DNA of 27,845 nt, taken from the IMG/VR virus record IMGVR_UViG_3300032231_000021, positions 1 through 27,845 of that record. The stretch is one strand, 5' to 3'. The notes under the pieces were generated by a model, which saw nothing but the letters and a program-made list of their open reading frames with translations, ran no database searches and had not been told where the DNA came from. This document shows, piece by piece, positions 14,389-24,276 of the stretch. Within the stretch, counting starts at the first letter, position 1, and each line of letters starts with the position of its first letter. The DNA comes from a virus. Taxonomy: Duplodnaviria; Caudoviricetes. The position numbers and the translations under genes were made by a program.

Positions 14389-15423
14389 ATGGCTGCTGCC
14401 ACTCCTTCTGCTATTGGTGGTATCGACCTCTCCGCTCTTAGCGGTACCTATGCCACCGACAATGCCCTCTTTCTGAAAGTATTTGGCGGCGAAGTCCTGA
14501 CTTCGTTCGCTCAGAACACGGTCATGATGGGCCGTAACTTCGTCCGCACGATCTCCAGCGGTAAGTCTGCACAGTTCCCGATGATCGGCCGTACCTCGGC
14601 TGCTTACCACACCCCTGGTGCGGAAATCACGGGCGACGAGATCGAGCACAACGAGAAGATCATCGTCATTGACGACCTTCTGGTTGCTTCGGCGTTCCTG
14701 TCGAACATCGACGAAGCCAAGAACCACTATGACGTTCGCGGCCCCTACAGCCGTGAGCTTGGTCTGGCCCTCGCCAACCAAATGGACAAGCACATCCTTC
14801 AGCAGTTCCTGATCGGTGCCAACGACGCTACCGCTGCTCCTTCGAGCGAAACGGATCGCGTTGGTACGGTCATCGACCGCACGGATGCTGGCCTCACGAC
14901 GCCTGCTTCGGACTCGTTCCTCGGTCAGGCCAACGGCCAGAACCTCGTTAAGGCCCTCTTCGCGGCTGCTCAGTCGCTCGACGAAAAGAACGTGCCGAAG
15001 GACGGCCGCTTCGCCATCGTCAAGCCGCAAGAGTACTATGCCCTTGCTAACCTGGATGCCATCGTGTCCGCAGACTTCGCTCGCCGCAACATCGGTGGCC
15101 GTGAGTCGGGCATGGTCTTCCAGATCGCTGGCATCGAGATCCTTGCTTCGAACAACCTGCCGACGGCTGACCTTGACGCCACGACTGGTGCTCCCCCGCT
15201 GACGGGTGACGCCACTGAGCGCCACGCTATCGACGCTTCGAACACGGCTGCTATTGTCGGTCACCCGAGCGGTGTCGGTACGGTCAAGCTGATGGACCTC
15301 GCCACTGAGATGGACTACGACATCCGTCGCCAGGGTACCCTGATGGTTGCCAAGTATGCAGTTGGTCACGGCGTCCTGCGCCCTGAGTGCTGCGTGCAGA
15401 TCATCGACGTGCAGGGCTCTTAA
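14389..15423 (+). CDS. Major capsid protein (T7 gp10-like)
   Basis: ALFLKVFGGEVLTSF, RTISSGKSAQFP, IDDLL, YDVRGPYSRELGLALA, GHGVLRPEC; strong SD TAAGGA and highly biased codons. Confidence 0.97.
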   Translation: MAAATPSAIGGIDLSALSGTYATDNALFLKVFGGEVLTSFAQNTVMMGRNFVRTISSGKSAQFPMIGRTSAAYHTPGAEITGDEIEHNEKIIVIDDLLVASAFLSNIDEAKNHYDVRGPYSRELGLALANQMDKHILQQFLIGANDATAAPSSETDRVGTVIDRTDAGLTTPASDSFLGQANGQNLVKALFAAAQSLDEKNVPKDGRFAIVKPQEYYALANLDAIVSADFARRNIGGRESGMVFQIAGIEILASNNLPTADLDATTGAPPLTGDATERHAIDASNTAAIVGHPSGVGTVKLMDLATEMDYDIRRQGTLMVAKYAVGHGVLRPECCVQIIDVQGS

Positions 15424-15445
15424 TCCTAATTAGTGGAGAAGACCC

Positions 15446-15643
15446 ATGTCACACTTTGCTGCAACGAAGATCTTTGAAGATCTTATGGATACCGAAGGCG
15501 GTACCCAGACGATCGCAAACCTTCGCGCTTACTACCAAGCGTACCTGACGGAGCAAGGCTCCAACGGTGCGGTTAGCTACGAGAAGTGGCTGGCCTGTGT
15601 AGAAAGCTACATGCGGAACTCGGCTCTGCCGGGTGCTGCGTAA
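15446..15643 (+). CDS. Hypothetical 65-aa protein co-transcribed with the capsid gene
   Basis: SD GGAG; lies between the capsid stop and the terminator. Confidence 0.7.
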   Translation: MSHFAATKIFEDLMDTEGGTQTIANLRAYYQAYLTEQGSNGAVSYEKWLACVESYMRNSALPGAA

Positions 15644-15654
15644 CTTACCCAATG

Positions 15655-15694
15655 GGGGAGACTTTGGGGAATACCCATTGTCTCCCCTTTTTTT
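15655..15694 (+). terminator. Intrinsic terminator after the capsid genes (T-phi analogue)
   Basis: GGGGAGAC...TGGG-GAATA-CCCA...GTCTCCCC followed by TTTTTTT. Confidence 0.8.
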
Positions 15695-15706
15695 TAAGGA
15701 ACCATC

Positions 15707-15937
15707 ATGGCATACGTGAAGGACACACCTGCTCGCACCGCCACTAAGGCGACGAAGCACGACACCAACACTCAAAACGCCAGGGCTCTCTGGGTAGGTA
15801 CTGCCGGTACTGCTAACCTCACAGACCCTGAAGGAAACACCATGGCCGACTTCCCACTGGTTGCCGGTCTCAACCCGATCCAGGTATCGCGTGTCCGCAC
15901 TGGCGGGACTGCTGACGACATCTGGCTCCTGTCCTAG
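15707..15937 (+). CDS. Head-spike base protein (RcGTA Rcc01079-like)
   Basis: 76 aa with the pattern TPARTA...ARALWVGTAG...AGLNPIQVSRVRTGGTADDIWLL, recognised from memory of the family; SD TAAGGA. Confidence 0.72.
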   Translation: MAYVKDTPARTATKATKHDTNTQNARALWVGTAGTANLTDPEGNTMADFPLVAGLNPIQVSRVRTGGTADDIWLLS

Positions 15938-15946
15938 GAGGGCGCT

Positions 15947-17176
15947 ATGCTCGGACTAGGTATCAGCTTATCCAACGCTGCTCTCATGGGTGCTGGCGGT
16001 GGAGGAGGGGGCTTCAACCCTTCTCAACTTACTCTACTCGGGGCGTACGAGATGTTCGACCGCTCCTCGACTTTTCAGGGCTATCGCAACCTTAAGGCCA
16101 ACACTGGGACCTACGTCCCGCTCAGCAAGACCAAGGTCGATACGACCCCCCTTGGTACGATCATGGACAAGTCGCAGCTCCCTGGCTGGGACGGTACTCA
16201 GACCTTCCAAGAGTGGCTCGATGCCACAACCCCGGATGTCGACCACGACTTCTCCAGCGACCCCGGGTACACCTTAGGTGCTGGCTGGGCCATCACCGGT
16301 GGCAACCTCGTGGCAACGGCGGCAAACTCTTTAGCGACCTACAACTTCGGCGCGGAAGACAACACCTACTACTACTACGAGCTGACCTTCGGGTCCTACA
16401 CCTCGGGTAACGTGGGGGTGGACTTCGGTGGCAACACCGGGACAATTAATGTCTCCGGGGCCGCCTCGACGACCTACCAAGGGGTCATCTGGTCCGGAGC
16501 CTCTGGCAACGGCAACGTAGAGATCACACCAGTGTCCGGGAACTACGAGATCGCCTCGATCAAGGTATGGAAGACCCCAGGGAACCACGTCTTTGCCACA
16601 GGTAACGACCGGGGCACGGCACAGACCGACGGCAACGCCATCACCTACCTCAACACTCTTAACGGTGACTGGTTCATCGGCGACGAACTAGTAACGATCG
16701 CTGGTACTAACATCTCCGGTCTGGCCATGTTCGATCCGAACGACACCGGCGTTATGAGTGCATACGGCGGCATAGCCCACATCGGCCTCAACGCTACTGC
16801 CGAAGACAGTATCCTATTTAGCAACCAGACCGGTGGCGGATCGTTCACCCCGAACCTATACATTGACGACGGTGCGAACACCGAGGACCTCTACACCAGA
16901 GGATCCGCGAACGTCGCCCTACAGCTCGCTGAGTGGAACGTCAACGGCGGCACTTCGTACCAAGTGTGGGAAGACGGCTCTTCTGTTGGGAGCGGCACGC
17001 CTACTTACACGGTGGACATGACCGGGCAATCTAACAACATCTCCATCGGCACGACTGTTGAAGGTAATGACTCGTTAGACGCTTACGGTGCCCTCTACGC
17101 GGTGTACTTCTACGAAGGCGATCGGTCAGCGGACCTGTACACCTACGTCAACACCAACACTGGGGAAAACTTCTAA
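15947..17176 (+). CDS. Head-spike fibre / carbohydrate-binding virion protein
   Basis: N-terminal MLGLGISLS anchor, Gly linker, then FNPSQL and G/T/N/aromatic-rich beta-sandwich-like domains; follows the spike base gene. Confidence 0.7.
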   Translation: MLGLGISLSNAALMGAGGGGGGFNPSQLTLLGAYEMFDRSSTFQGYRNLKANTGTYVPLSKTKVDTTPLGTIMDKSQLPGWDGTQTFQEWLDATTPDVDHDFSSDPGYTLGAGWAITGGNLVATAANSLATYNFGAEDNTYYYYELTFGSYTSGNVGVDFGGNTGTINVSGAASTTYQGVIWSGASGNGNVEITPVSGNYEIASIKVWKTPGNHVFATGNDRGTAQTDGNAITYLNTLNGDWFIGDELVTIAGTNISGLAMFDPNDTGVMSAYGGIAHIGLNATAEDSILFSNQTGGGSFTPNLYIDDGANTEDLYTRGSANVALQLAEWNVNGGTSYQVWEDGSSVGSGTPTYTVDMTGQSNNISIGTTVEGNDSLDAYGALYAVYFYEGDRSADLYTYVNTNTGENF

Positions 17177-17781
17177 TGACCCTTTACGCAATGACTGAGT
17201 TAGAGGCGGTCAACATCATGCTCGCCTCTGTCGGTGAAGCGGAGGTCACAACTATCGAAGACGAGACCATTGAGGATGCCCAGATGGCCCTCACTACGCT
17301 CCGGCAGGTCTCACGCGAAGTCCAGACAGTTGGGTGGCACTTCAACACCGACTACGACTACCCTATATCTGTGAACGTGGACAACAAGCTACCGTACCCT
17401 GTTACGGCTGCCCATGTGGACCCTATGGACACCGAGAGCAAGGACCTCGTCAAGCGCGGGGACTTCATGTACGACCGGGTCAACCGGACGTTCGTGTTCT
17501 CTGCCGGGACCACTGTCAAGTTCAAAGTCACTTGGCTCCTGGACTTCGGGGATCTCCCCCAAGCCTGCCGGGAGTACATCACCTACCGCGCCGCCCGGCG
17601 CTTCGGTAAGAACGTCATGGGCGATGAAGCTACGGTCCAGTTCTCCTCTCAGGACGAACAGATGGCCCGGGCTAACTTCCTGGCCGACGAAGCTCGTCGC
17701 GCTGACCACAACATGATCACGGACTCGTGGTCGACCTCTCGGATGTTCTACCGGAGACGGAACACCATTGGAGGTTCCTAA
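17176..17781 (+). CDS. Tail tubular protein A (gp11-like)
   Basis: TELEAVNIMLASVGEAEV, VSREVQTVGWHFN, LPQACREYITYRAARRF. Confidence 0.95.
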   Translation: MTLYAMTELEAVNIMLASVGEAEVTTIEDETIEDAQMALTTLRQVSREVQTVGWHFNTDYDYPISVNVDNKLPYPVTAAHVDPMDTESKDLVKRGDFMYDRVNRTFVFSAGTTVKFKVTWLLDFGDLPQACREYITYRAARRFGKNVMGDEATVQFSSQDEQMARANFLADEARRADHNMITDSWSTSRMFYRRRNTIGGS

Positions 17782-20771
17782 TGCCTAGAGTACTTGGGAA
17801 CATCCCAAACTTCATCAATGGCATCAGCCAACAACCTGCGGCCCTGAGGCTCCCGTCTCAGGCCCAGAGCATGACTAACTGTTACCCTACGGTGGCCAAG
17901 GGCCTGTCTAAGCGCCCTGCACTGGAGCATGTCACCAAGATCTCGAACTCCCAGGCCGACAACGCCTTCGTGCATCTGATCAACCGCGACGTCACCGAAA
18001 GGTATGTCGCCATAGTCGACTACTCGGACACCCAAAAGGTCCGGGTCTTTGACTTCACAGGTGCTGAGGCTACCGTGACCTTCACGGCTACCACGGCGTA
18101 TGTCCCCACGGTCCCGTCGACTAGTATGGCGGCCCTCACGGTGGCGGACTATACGTTCTTCGTGAACAAGTCGAAGGTCGTGGCTAAGGATGCTGGTACC
18201 GTTGCATCGCGGCCTTATGAGGCCCTAATCTCCTTCGGTACGGTCCAGCCTGGATCCGAGATCAATGTTATTGTGACAGAGGCCACCGTAGGGACCTCTA
18301 CGTACACCCTGGCCATTGGCGACACTGACCCCTCAGAGCTAGACACTAGCTACGCGGCAGGTCAGATCGTGGCCCGGATGCAAAGTGGTGCTGGTTCGCC
18401 AGCCACTGGTCCGGCCTTGGGTGCCAACTTCACTTCTCACAGCCTCACCGAGACTGCCGGGTCCGTTATCTACCTCGCCAACTCCACCAATGACTTCACG
18501 GTCACGGTGCGGGACGGCTCGAACGGCCTCGGGATCAAGGTGATCAAGGACAAGGTCCAGTACTTCGAGGATCTGCCTCGGGCAGGCGAAGAGGGCTTCG
18601 TGGTCCAGGTCGCTGGTGACCCCGTGACATCCTTCGGTTCCTACTGGGTGACCTTCGAGAATGCTGGTATCCCTGTCTGGAAAGAGAGCGCCCAACCGGG
18701 CATTGACAATCAACTTGACGGGGCGACCCTACCACACACCCTGGTCAATACCGGGGCTCTCGCCTTCACATGGGATGAGGCCACCTGGGATGACCTTGCA
18801 GTCGGAGACACAGACACCAATAGTTTCCCGAGCTTCATCGGGGAGACCATTAACGACATCTTCTTCACGGAGAGTCGCTTGGCCTTTCTGGCTGGTGAAA
18901 GTGTCATTATGTCACAAGCCGGGGAGTTCTTTAACTTCTTCCGTACGACGACAACTGCGCTTGTGGACGGGGACCCGATCGACGTAGGGACTAACCACAC
19001 CAAGGTTAGCATCTTGCGCCATGCGGTACCGTATCAGGAACAGCTGCTTCTGTTTAGTGATCAGACTCAGTTTCGCCTCACGAAGGGGGACCTCTTATCA
19101 CCATCTACTGTTGGTATCGACCCGATTACCGAGTTTGAAAGCTCTATCCAGGCGCGTCCAGCGGCTGTGGGGAACTTCATCTTCTTCGGTGTCGAGAAGA
19201 GCGACTATGCTTCCGTACGAGAGTACTACGTCGCTGATGACTCGCTGCGCAACGATGCTCGTGAGATCACCGGCCACGTACCTCGCTATCTACCAAGCGG
19301 TATCAAGCGTATCGCGGGCTCGTCGAACGAAGACGTGATCATCATGCAATCGTCAGGCAGCGCGGTTAACGAGCTGTTCGTCTACAAGTACTTCTGGTCG
19401 GGACAGAACAAAGTCCAGTCGGCCTGGGGTAAGTGGTCGTTCCCTGACGTTGACGCGATCCTCGGCTTCGACTTCATCAAGTCCACACTCTACGTCGTCA
19501 CCAAGCGTGGCGATGGGGTCCACCTGGAGAAGATGGAGCTTGACACCGGGTCAGAAGACGACTCGGGGACTAGCTACGACTACCACCTGGACCGCAAGAC
19601 GTTCTCGACTAATGCTGACGTAACCGGTACTTACTATGGAGAGAACCTTGACCATACAGCTTATACTTTCGCTGACATTGACTGGGATAATACTGTCGAG
19701 CCTGTATGTGTTGGCATCGCTGGAAACAGTGCGACTTACCCGGTTGGCTACAACGTCCCCTTCTTGCAGTTCACAGCAAATCTACTTACCAAGTCAGAGG
19801 CGCTAGATCACGCGGACTGGACGAAGACAGGCGCTGCTACCATTACGCAGACGACCCTGACGTCACCAACAAACACCGCCACGATGGACGAGATCACGTT
19901 CACCGCTGGTCCCACCGATGGTGTCCTACAGACCTACACTCCAGACGCTTCATCTATGGAGGTCGGCGACTCGTGGAACTATGCGTTCTACTACGAGCCT
20001 ACAGGGACTGCCGGGGTCTTCAAGACCAAGATCAGGTTCGCCACTGGGGGTACCCCGGAGGAGTCCGAGATCACGGTCGATACGTCTACCAATACGATCA
20101 CCGTAGGTCCGACCAACGGTGGTGTGGCTACCATCACACCGCTCAATGGAGGGTTCTACCGTGTCAACATCGGTAAGACGATCACTAACGCAAGCAATGC
20201 AGACGTTGAAGTCTACATTACGCAGGGTGCAAGCGGTACATTCCGCTGCTGGGGCCACTACCTTAACTCAGGCCTTACGGCTGGATACTACATCGGCACC
20301 GATGCGACCAACGAGAACGAGGCCCTTGTCTACGAAGGTGACTTGACTGCTGACGACTTCGCCTTTGGCATCCCCTACACGGCAGAGTATGTCGTGTCGG
20401 AGCTTGTCGCTAAGGCCCCGTCGAGTACTGGAGGCGGGGACCAACAAGGGGGCGGTACCGTCCCGATAACCGAAGCTCGAAACCAACTCTACTGGTTGAA
20501 CTTCAAGTACGACGATACAGGGTACTTCAAGGTCCAGGTAGACAATGTTGGGCGTGACGCGAACACCTACGTGTTCAACGGTCGCGAGTCGAGCTATGTC
20601 GACAACGAAGTAGGGGCGCTCCCGATCAAGAGCCGGGGGTCCTTCCGAGTTCCTCTTCTGGGACGATCAGATCGTATTACGGTCACGGTCACCTCGGATG
20701 ACATCCTTCCGTTCAACCTTATCAGTGCGGACTGGATGGCGAACCTACACATGAAGTTCAAGAGAGCATAA
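17781..20771 (+). CDS. Tail tubular protein B (gp12-like nozzle) with inserted domain
   Basis: IPNFINGISQQP, GLSKRP, VGDTDTNSFPSF, FFNFFRTT, DPIDV, EITGHVPRYLP, QSAWGKW; 996 aa from ATG 17781. Confidence 0.95.
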   Translation: MPRVLGNIPNFINGISQQPAALRLPSQAQSMTNCYPTVAKGLSKRPALEHVTKISNSQADNAFVHLINRDVTERYVAIVDYSDTQKVRVFDFTGAEATVTFTATTAYVPTVPSTSMAALTVADYTFFVNKSKVVAKDAGTVASRPYEALISFGTVQPGSEINVIVTEATVGTSTYTLAIGDTDPSELDTSYAAGQIVARMQSGAGSPATGPALGANFTSHSLTETAGSVIYLANSTNDFTVTVRDGSNGLGIKVIKDKVQYFEDLPRAGEEGFVVQVAGDPVTSFGSYWVTFENAGIPVWKESAQPGIDNQLDGATLPHTLVNTGALAFTWDEATWDDLAVGDTDTNSFPSFIGETINDIFFTESRLAFLAGESVIMSQAGEFFNFFRTTTTALVDGDPIDVGTNHTKVSILRHAVPYQEQLLLFSDQTQFRLTKGDLLSPSTVGIDPITEFESSIQARPAAVGNFIFFGVEKSDYASVREYYVADDSLRNDAREITGHVPRYLPSGIKRIAGSSNEDVIIMQSSGSAVNELFVYKYFWSGQNKVQSAWGKWSFPDVDAILGFDFIKSTLYVVTKRGDGVHLEKMELDTGSEDDSGTSYDYHLDRKTFSTNADVTGTYYGENLDHTAYTFADIDWDNTVEPVCVGIAGNSATYPVGYNVPFLQFTANLLTKSEALDHADWTKTGAATITQTTLTSPTNTATMDEITFTAGPTDGVLQTYTPDASSMEVGDSWNYAFYYEPTGTAGVFKTKIRFATGGTPEESEITVDTSTNTITVGPTNGGVATITPLNGGFYRVNIGKTITNASNADVEVYITQGASGTFRCWGHYLNSGLTAGYYIGTDATNENEALVYEGDLTADDFAFGIPYTAEYVVSELVAKAPSSTGGGDQQGGGTVPITEARNQLYWLNFKYDDTGYFKVQVDNVGRDANTYVFNGRESSYVDNEVGALPIKSRGSFRVPLLGRSDRITVTVTSDDILPFNLISADWMANLHMKFKRA
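19636..19806 (+). CDS. Candidate overprinted single-TM micro-protein (+1 frame in tail tubular B)
   Basis: MERTLTIQLILSLTLTGIILSSLYVLASLETVR...; dense T-ending codons in the host frame; alternative start TTG 19648 with GGAG 19638-19641. Confidence 0.4.
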   Translation: MERTLTIQLILSLTLTGIILSSLYVLASLETVRLTRLATTSPSCSSQQIYLPSQRR

Positions 20772-21226
20772 TGAAGCAATGGGAGTTGGCAAGGCGGGAG
20801 GATGTCCAGCACGTTATGGACAACATCCGCAAGGAGGACTTCATTGAAGGTCTGGCGTTCCGGGGGATAGACATACGGCCTTGGGTGGTCGAGCACTATT
20901 CCCCCGGGCGCACCTACGTCCTCAGGGACACCGATGGTACCCCTGGGGGTATCGCGGGGACGGACCCTAATCCGTCAGAACAATACGGCCTAGTCTGGAT
21001 GCTCGGGACACCTCTGATCGAACAGAGGAAGTTCAAGTTCCTGCGGGGCAGCAAGGATTGGATCGACGAAGCGTGCAGGCCTTACAAGGCCGTAGGCAAC
21101 TTGGTCCATGCTGCAAACACTGTCCACCTCAGGTGGCTCCAGTGGTGCGGCTTCACCATGCTCCGTAAGGTCCAGGCAGGGCCGTTCAACGAAGATTTCA
21201 TCGAGTTTATAAAGGTGATCGAATAA
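20771..21226 (+). CDS. gp13-like internal virion protein A (GNAT-like fold)
   Basis: GLVWMLGT, VGNLVHAANTVHLRWLQWCGF; synteny. Confidence 0.85.
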   Translation: MKQWELARREDVQHVMDNIRKEDFIEGLAFRGIDIRPWVVEHYSPGRTYVLRDTDGTPGGIAGTDPNPSEQYGLVWMLGTPLIEQRKFKFLRGSKDWIDEACRPYKAVGNLVHAANTVHLRWLQWCGFTMLRKVQAGPFNEDFIEFIKVIE

Positions 21227-21807
21227 TGTGTCTCATGCTAGGTGCAGTAGGCGCAGCAGGTGCAGCGGGTGGCGCGATGAGCGGTATCATGACCGCCGTG
21301 ACATCCATCGCTGGTATTGGTATGAGTATCATGCAGTCCAATGCGCAGAACCAAGCTGCTGCCGCACAGTACAAGAACCAAGTCGAATACATCCAGCGTC
21401 AGGAAATCCAGACGCAGAAAACCCTAAACCAACAAGTAGCTCAGCAGTCTATGCAGACTCAGAGTGACACAGAAAAACTACAAGGCGAGAAGGCGGACAA
21501 CTCTATCCGAGCCTACAAAGCCGCAAGCCGTGCATCAGCCGCAGCCGCCGAGAGTGGCGTTACCGGGCTCTCCGTCGATAACCTCATCGGGGACATCTGG
21601 GGCGAGGCTGGTCGCTACGAGAACAAGGTTGACCATAACGCTAAGGTGGGGCGTGCCCAGGCCAACATGAGCCTCAAGATGGCTCAGCGCCAAGGGTCCG
21701 CTCGGATCGCCTCTATGGAGATCCCGGTCAAGCCCAAGTTTAACACAGGCCTACAGATTGGCTCAGCAGTGCTGGGGGGTCTCTCTGGCCTAGCAAGCGC
21801 ATTCTAA
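21226..21807 (+). CDS. gp14-like internal virion protein B
   Basis: MC start, hydrophobic Ala/Gly N-terminus, Gln-rich coil, AAESGVTGLSVD. Confidence 0.88.
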   Translation: MCLMLGAVGAAGAAGGAMSGIMTAVTSIAGIGMSIMQSNAQNQAAAAQYKNQVEYIQRQEIQTQKTLNQQVAQQSMQTQSDTEKLQGEKADNSIRAYKAASRASAAAAESGVTGLSVDNLIGDIWGEAGRYENKVDHNAKVGRAQANMSLKMAQRQGSARIASMEIPVKPKFNTGLQIGSAVLGGLSGLASAF

Positions 21808-21816
21808 GGAATAGCT

Positions 21817-24276
21817 ATGCCCGTATCAAGAAAGTCGCGTGTACAGGTCGACCCTGGGTTGAGAGACCCGGGGTTCAAGACCTACCGCGCTGAGTCGGTC
21901 CCTCACATTGACCCTCAGCGCAAACAGTCACAAGCATCAAACTACGAACGTCTTGCCCGCGACCTCGGGCAGTTTAACTCGAACCTCCAGTCCTTCGGTA
22001 GGGCCGTGGACGCCGCTAACAAGCGTGCCGAAGCCAAGGCCAAGAAGATGGAGGCCGAGAAGAAGGCCGCTGAGGCCCGTAAGAAACGTGAAGCTGCCTA
22101 CGCTGCCCGCAAGAAGAGCGGTGGTGGTGGCTATCGCCGCAAAGGAAGGAAAGGACGCCGCACTCGCGAGCAGTGGCTCGAAGAGAAACGCGCAGCGTTC
22201 GAGAAGAAGTACACCCTTGAGAACAAGTACGGCAACGAGGTCTCGAAAGAGTACGACGCCGGGAAGCTCAAGGTCATCGGTGAAGCTGACGAAGATCCTG
22301 GCAGCGACAAGCGCGTCAAGGGTCTGCCCAACGAAACCCTGGAAGCCTATAAGGACCTGGGGGAAGTCAAGAAGGGCATCGGTAAAGAGTTCCACCAACA
22401 GCTCAAGGCTGAACGGGCGAACGAAGCTGCCGAAGGCTACAAGATAGCCGACCAGGACGAGCACGGGGAACCTGAGGTGGTCCCAACGGGGGCGTACACC
22501 GAAGAGGTTGGCCCCAAGGGCGATAAGATCATGGTCCCTGTGACCGTGCCTAAGGAGAAGCGGTTCATCACCGAAGACGAGATCATGATGGAAGGCCTGA
22601 AGAAGCAGGCGTTCATCGACTCGACTATGGGTTCCCATCCGCTGGTCCGTCGCCACTCCAAGTTCCTCAACTTCCAAAACACCCAGGCCCGTATCGCTGG
22701 ACTGAAGGACGCTGAGCGCCAAGATCGGCACCATCAGGCCCTGAAGTTCCAAGAGAACACCGTCGTCGAGGAGATCAAGAAGGGCCAGGAGCTTGGGCTC
22801 AACCCTGACCAGATCGCCCAGATGGCTATCTCTACAGGCCTCCAGAATGCCCAGATAGTCTCCCCCGAGACCACAAAAGAGCATATCATCAAGACGACCA
22901 TTGGTACCCTGGCGAAGACCCTGAAGGACCCCAACGTCGATCTGGACACCGTCCGGTCGGTCATGGCGTTCGCCCAGGGGTCACCAGATGCAGGCGTCGG
23001 GGTCACCTCGTGGCTCAAGCACCCGAAGTACCAGAAGAAGGTCGGTGCCCTGGTCAAGCTGGCCTCTAAGGTCTATGCCCGGGAAACGTCTAAGGAGATC
23101 GCCGCTGCCGAGGTCAAGAAGTACATGGCCGCTCGGGCTGACGGTAAGATGCCGACAGCGTTCCAGGACATTACCTTCCCGGTCAACGGCGAGACCCATA
23201 CGGTCACCGCTGCGGAACAGCAGGTCATCCTGTCCGAGACAGTCGCCAACAAGGCGCTCTATCTCAACGGTAAGGACGGCCAGATGTATCCTGAAGAGGA
23301 GCACATCCCCCGCCTAGTGGCCGCGTTCAAGGACTTCCCGTTCCAACGCTCGGAGCATTTCGCTAAGATCTTCAAGGCGTTCCATGTCAACATTGGCGAG
23401 CAGATGCACCCACAGGACCCGAACTTCAAGAGGGCCAGGGCTCTAGCCGTCGAAATGTTGAACCAGGGACCCGAGGGTCTGGAGATGATCCGGCAGTACT
23501 TCGGTAACAAGCACATGCCCAAGTTCTGGGAAATGGCTTATGCCCTGGAACGGTCTGGCCCTCTCTCGGACGAGGACGTGATCCAGAAGCTCAACGTCTA
23601 CCTTGACCACCGGAACACCCGGGCGAACGTAAAGCTCCCCAAGAGCCAATACGCGATCGCTAAGGGATGGCAACCGGACTACCTGGACAAGGAAGAGCGT
23701 GACCGGGCCATCGAGGTCGCTAAGGCTGACACCCTGGACGAGGAAGTCTCCGACAGTGAGTTCGAGACGCGCCTTGAGCAGATCGGTCAGCGCCTCCGTA
23801 CGTTCAACCCGGAGTTCAACGGCCACAAGTTCAACGCTCGGGGTCTTACGGTCCCTGTGCGGGCCTTCTCCATGGCCTTGGAAGCTGGCTTCCCTCGGAT
23901 CACGAAGGACTTCGGTCTGGAGGGAGACTTCCACATCCAGGCCACCGGTAACGGCATGTTCAAGATCGTCGACAAGAAGGGCGACATCCAGATCATCAAG
24001 AAGGGACCCTTAGCAGGACGCCCCGCGTTCCTCAAGCAGGAGACCATCATGACCGTCGGTAAGGACGCTGTTGACCGAGAGGCCCTCGTGGCTGGTAAAG
24101 AGAAGAGCCGTATCCGTGACCGGACGTGGTTTGGCTGGGCTGCTGAAAATCTCGGCTGGGACGACTATGACTATGTCCCGCACGAGCAGGCAGCTGACCG
24201 TCAACGCACCGAAGCCGGTGAACTGGAAAAGATAGCTAAAGAACATCCTAACGCGATGTCTGACAGAGGTATGTAA
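21817..24276 (+). CDS. gp15-like internal virion protein C
   Basis: 819 aa, helical; N-terminal LARDLGQFNSNLQSFG; position between the gp14- and gp16-like genes. Confidence 0.7.
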   Translation: MPVSRKSRVQVDPGLRDPGFKTYRAESVPHIDPQRKQSQASNYERLARDLGQFNSNLQSFGRAVDAANKRAEAKAKKMEAEKKAAEARKKREAAYAARKKSGGGGYRRKGRKGRRTREQWLEEKRAAFEKKYTLENKYGNEVSKEYDAGKLKVIGEADEDPGSDKRVKGLPNETLEAYKDLGEVKKGIGKEFHQQLKAERANEAAEGYKIADQDEHGEPEVVPTGAYTEEVGPKGDKIMVPVTVPKEKRFITEDEIMMEGLKKQAFIDSTMGSHPLVRRHSKFLNFQNTQARIAGLKDAERQDRHHQALKFQENTVVEEIKKGQELGLNPDQIAQMAISTGLQNAQIVSPETTKEHIIKTTIGTLAKTLKDPNVDLDTVRSVMAFAQGSPDAGVGVTSWLKHPKYQKKVGALVKLASKVYARETSKEIAAAEVKKYMAARADGKMPTAFQDITFPVNGETHTVTAAEQQVILSETVANKALYLNGKDGQMYPEEEHIPRLVAAFKDFPFQRSEHFAKIFKAFHVNIGEQMHPQDPNFKRARALAVEMLNQGPEGLEMIRQYFGNKHMPKFWEMAYALERSGPLSDEDVIQKLNVYLDHRNTRANVKLPKSQYAIAKGWQPDYLDKEERDRAIEVAKADTLDEEVSDSEFETRLEQIGQRLRTFNPEFNGHKFNARGLTVPVRAFSMALEAGFPRITKDFGLEGDFHIQATGNGMFKIVDKKGDIQIIKKGPLAGRPAFLKQETIMTVGKDAVDREALVAGKEKSRIRDRTWFGWAAENLGWDDYDYVPHEQAADRQRTEAGELEKIAKEHPNAMSDRGM

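Noticed and set aside
15400-15445. T7 gp10B-style frameshift extension of the capsid protein
   Set aside because: No slippery sequence is seen near the stop, tandem in-frame stops follow, and the next ORF has its own SD.
19021-19338. +1-frame 105-aa ORF in tail tubular B with mild T3 enrichment
   Set aside because: No properly spaced SD and no coherent TM helix or motif.
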